DNA from: Marsupella aquatica
Taxonomy: Eukaryota; Plantae; Marchantiophyta
Direction of reading: 5' to 3'
Assembly (NCBI GenBank): GCA_973895155.1
Contig: OZ316899.1
Location: 5,645,241-5,709,240, forward strand
Length of the DNA: 64,000 bases
The notes beneath the pieces were generated by a model that was not told the origin of the DNA, did no database searches, and saw only the letters and a list, made by a program, of their open reading frames with translations. The position numbers were made by a program, and so were the translations under genes. This document shows positions 60,919 through 64,000 of the stretch, one piece after another. Position 1 is the first letter of the stretch. The number at the start of each line of letters is the position of its first letter.

Positions 60919-63218
60919 ATGTCTGTCATGATTATGTCTAGTTCTGCCCTTTGGTTTTGGCTTCAATTTCTATCCATTGGAAATCATTTAGCAAAGTCAC
61001 TGGCCAAGGTCAACCCGCGCCGGTATGAAACCGAAAGGCAGTATGAACGACTTATCCGCCTAGCCGGGCGCTATCACTATAACGGAGATTTCAACCTCCC
61101 ATTCGAGAGCAAGCTCTGCCGTGCCGATGAGATCTCCGAATACTTCTTTGACGGCCCAAAGTACGTCGGTTTCCAGGAAGCACTCCTTCGGCTTCCGTAT
61201 AAGGTCTTCACACTCCTGGGCACGATCGACTTACAATGACACCACTTCAATCATATCCCTGCCAAAGTCCAGGCTTCCATACACTACCAGTTTGGTACCG
61301 CAGCTTCAGGCAAGACATCCATCCTAACCTCACTCGGCTTCCCCTTAGACTTGCTAAATCATATGGCGCCTCCTCCAGCTACAACCGTCGCCGACTCATT
61401 GGTGCCCGTGCCAACACCACCTTGGCCTCCGCCAAGCCAATCTCCACCACCAGTCGCACCACCCCTCCGGGTGAAATCCATGGTAAATGCAGTGAACATC
61501 AGTTCTGAAGACAAGGAAGCTCACCCTCCCCTGAACTGACGACCTTGAGGTGCAAATCAACATGCGCCGGGCAACCCAACACTACTCACACAAGCCCGGG
61601 TGGATAACACGGTGGCAGTAGCAGCCCCAGCACCAGTGCTAATGGCGGTAGTGTTGCCGCCGCCCGATAGAGAGGATGGGGAGATGTCCCCTTCTTCAAG
61701 TCACCCCGAGAACCAATCTTGGGGTAGGAAGAGAAAGGAACCCGCAGCTGTATCCGGGCTGCCTTTGGCCATAGTTGTGGTGGCCAAGCTGACCATGCAT
61801 TGCATGGGGGAGAATGTCCACAAAAACATCCTCCACCCCAAGCATGCATGCTACCTGAAGACCCAAGGGTTTGAGCACCTCGCCTCTCTCCCTTGGAATG
61901 GAAGCAGGTACTATGGGCAAGATATGACGGAGTTCATCCAGAACTTTGACGAAGCCCGCCAACAAACCCGAGTGCACGGGAGGGTGATGTCCCTCAACAA
62001 GGCACGCCTCAAGATGATCTTTGGCCTACCCAAAGGAATAAATCAGGTAGAATCATAGGCTCCCGGGGGCAAAGGAGCCAAGTATCAATCCTCTAGCTTT
62101 GCGGCCGAGGGAGCAATGGACAATGGATTCTTGATGAGGACATGCCCCATCCCAAAGGTAGCAGAACGGCTGGAGTCCAAGTGGTACGCCCTCCACATGA
62201 TGAAACCGAGGGGCAAAATATCCGCCACCCAGGTCATCCAGGTTGAGAACTACCACCCTAGGAAGTGGGCGTCCTTCTTCTCCAAGAAGTTCCACGAGGA
62301 GATGGAGTGGAGAAGAAAGGCTTTGCACCTCAGTGGGAAGGTGTATTTTGCTAGCCACATCAAAATCATCATTGAGTGGTACGCCCATTTTGACCGCCAA
62401 AGCCTCCCTCTATTGCCATACTTCAAGGGCTGGATGTCACCACTCCAACTCCCGCGCGAGCTGAGGTTTGTCCTTGCCCAAACCCGGAGGGGCATAGTCT
62501 GGAAAGTCCAAAACTCTTTGCACCGGGCACGTTTTTGAATGGGTTGCTAGGAGACTTCTCTCAACAAATTGCCCCAGATACCAAGGAGTACATGGCACGG
62601 AAGGTGGCCTACTTCTTCAACCAAGAGTTGGTTGCAGCCATGCGGGCAGGACATGCACAAGCCGAGGCTACGTAGAGAATAGAGCGGTATCGGATTGAGT
62701 TTGCCCACTTGAAAGACAAAGTTGCAGCCCGGGAGACCGAACTCCAATTGCTACAGCCTCAGGTAGCAGCCACTGAAGATCAGGTGGCTGAAGCTAGGGC
62801 CCGGGCATCCTTGGCAGAGCACGCCGGAGTCAGGAAGGACGCCGACATCGCACGGCTCCAAACCCAGATTGACGATTTGAAGGGACAAGCCGTCATCTGG
62901 CAAAAGGATGTGGAGGAGGCCAACGCTCGGTCCCAACGGGACACAGCCAAGATAGACTTCCTAATGGCGAAAGTGGCACGGCTTCAAGGAGAAGCCACGA
63001 AGCAGGCCCAGTTGGTGGACAAGCTGACGAGCAACATCCAGCAACTGGAAGAGGTATGTCAGGAAGCCGCAGAGGAGACAGATGCAGCAAAGCAAGAGAA
63101 TGAATCTCTGCTGGACCAGGTCCAGCTCCTCAAGCAGGACGCCAACCGGCTCAGGAGGCAGTGGGATGGCCACTCCAAGTCCAACTATGGCAGGTCTGGC
63201 AAGCGTGCCAAACATTAG
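60919..63218 (+). pseudogene. ORF cluster downstream of pol: unknown ORF, LASLPW-family ORF and coiled-coil ORF
   Basis: ORFs at 60919-61239, 61600-62058, 62116-62538 and 62709-63218 (heptad-rich). All lie 3' of the LTR start at 60461. Confidence 0.55.
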
Positions 63219-64000
63219 CAGCGGGATAGGTTTAGGATAGAGTTAGGAATAGGATAGTCAGGCGATAAGGACAAGCGCCAAAACTAGTTAGCGACGTTGT
63301 CCTATCCAACCAACCTTCATAGTTAGAATCTTAGAATAAGACACGTCATTTTACGGCCTGACAATTAGTAGAGTTTAGAATCTGGGATAGCTTAGATTCA
63401 AGCACGTGGTCGGTTCAAACCCCGACTCTTAGTATTTTGTGCACCCCTCGGTAGAGGCAGGGGGATTTTAGTTTCAGAATTGACTATCCGCAGGATGTGC
63501 GGGGAGTCCCGGCCCCATCATGCTTTTGAGAAACATGAATGGGTCAAGAGGACCTTTGTGAGTAAAAGATACCAAGGAGGGAGGGTACGACTAAGCTCAT
63601 TGGGCGAGTGCGGAGCCGGGCTTCATTGTAGTGTACAACGCTCTGCCGTTGGGCCTGTTTACTCAAGAGATGTCGTGTCAACCGGGTATATGTGTATAAC
63701 GGTTTCTGAAGTAAAGTCTTTTCCCACCATTTCTTTTGTGTAAACCGAGATTGTATGTGAGTGAGTTCCTTTGCATGTATGAATCTTGTATATGGGTAGA
63801 GAATGTCTGGCCGACATCATCCAAGCCGTGCACGGGGTGTAGGCTACGGATGGTGGTTGCAAGCCCGGGTTGGATACCCGTATCATTGGATCCGGATCGG
63901 AGGCGGACATTACAAAGGCTTAGAAGCCCTTAAGCTGGGGTCAATCTAGCTATCGACTTAAGGTACATTCCAGTGGCGGAACACAAACTATACCCATGAC

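Larger units (their letters stand above)
57802..64000 (+). mobile_element. Internally deleted Ty3/Gypsy element with a long ORF-containing 3' LTR
   Basis: A 42-bp direct repeat TGTGACGCCGCCAGCA.GGCGGTTAATGAGTGATCCGGTCTA occurs at 57802 and 60461. The second copy follows the integrase region and a purine-rich tract. Confidence 0.75.

Noticed and set aside
62709-63218. Coiled-coil ORF as an env, SMC or myosin gene
   Set aside because: It has only generic heptad character, with no transmembrane segment or ATPase motif.

Overview
This is eukaryotic, intron-containing, CpG-depleted DNA made almost entirely of nested transposons. It probably comes from a non-seed land plant (inference from the TE types). 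I found no host gene, RNA gene or CRISPR array. Three DNA transposons have both ends and target-site duplications (TSDs): CACTA-1 (389-9918, TSD ATC, inserted in a Copia RNase H), a Mutator-like element (~21419-33292) and CACTA-2 (45284-55806, CACAA ends, TSD AGT). Around them lie several Ty3/Gypsy elements, solo LTRs and Copia remnants. Main observations: (1) both divergent CACTA elements carry a conserved SET/PR-like methyltransferase exon inside the first coding intron of the transposase gene, and it can splice in frame to the same zinc-finger exon 1; (2) the Mutator-like element carries a spliced gene for a ParB-like domain fused to a beta-class DNA amino-methyltransferase-like domain; (3) each TE family has its own CpG-rich, often palindromic motif clustered in introns and other non-coding DNA; (4) the Gypsy LTRs themselves appear to contain a protein-coding gene. 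Together these suggest TE-encoded chromatin or DNA-modifying systems, which is an inference. All domain calls are by-eye motif recognition and no database searches were run.
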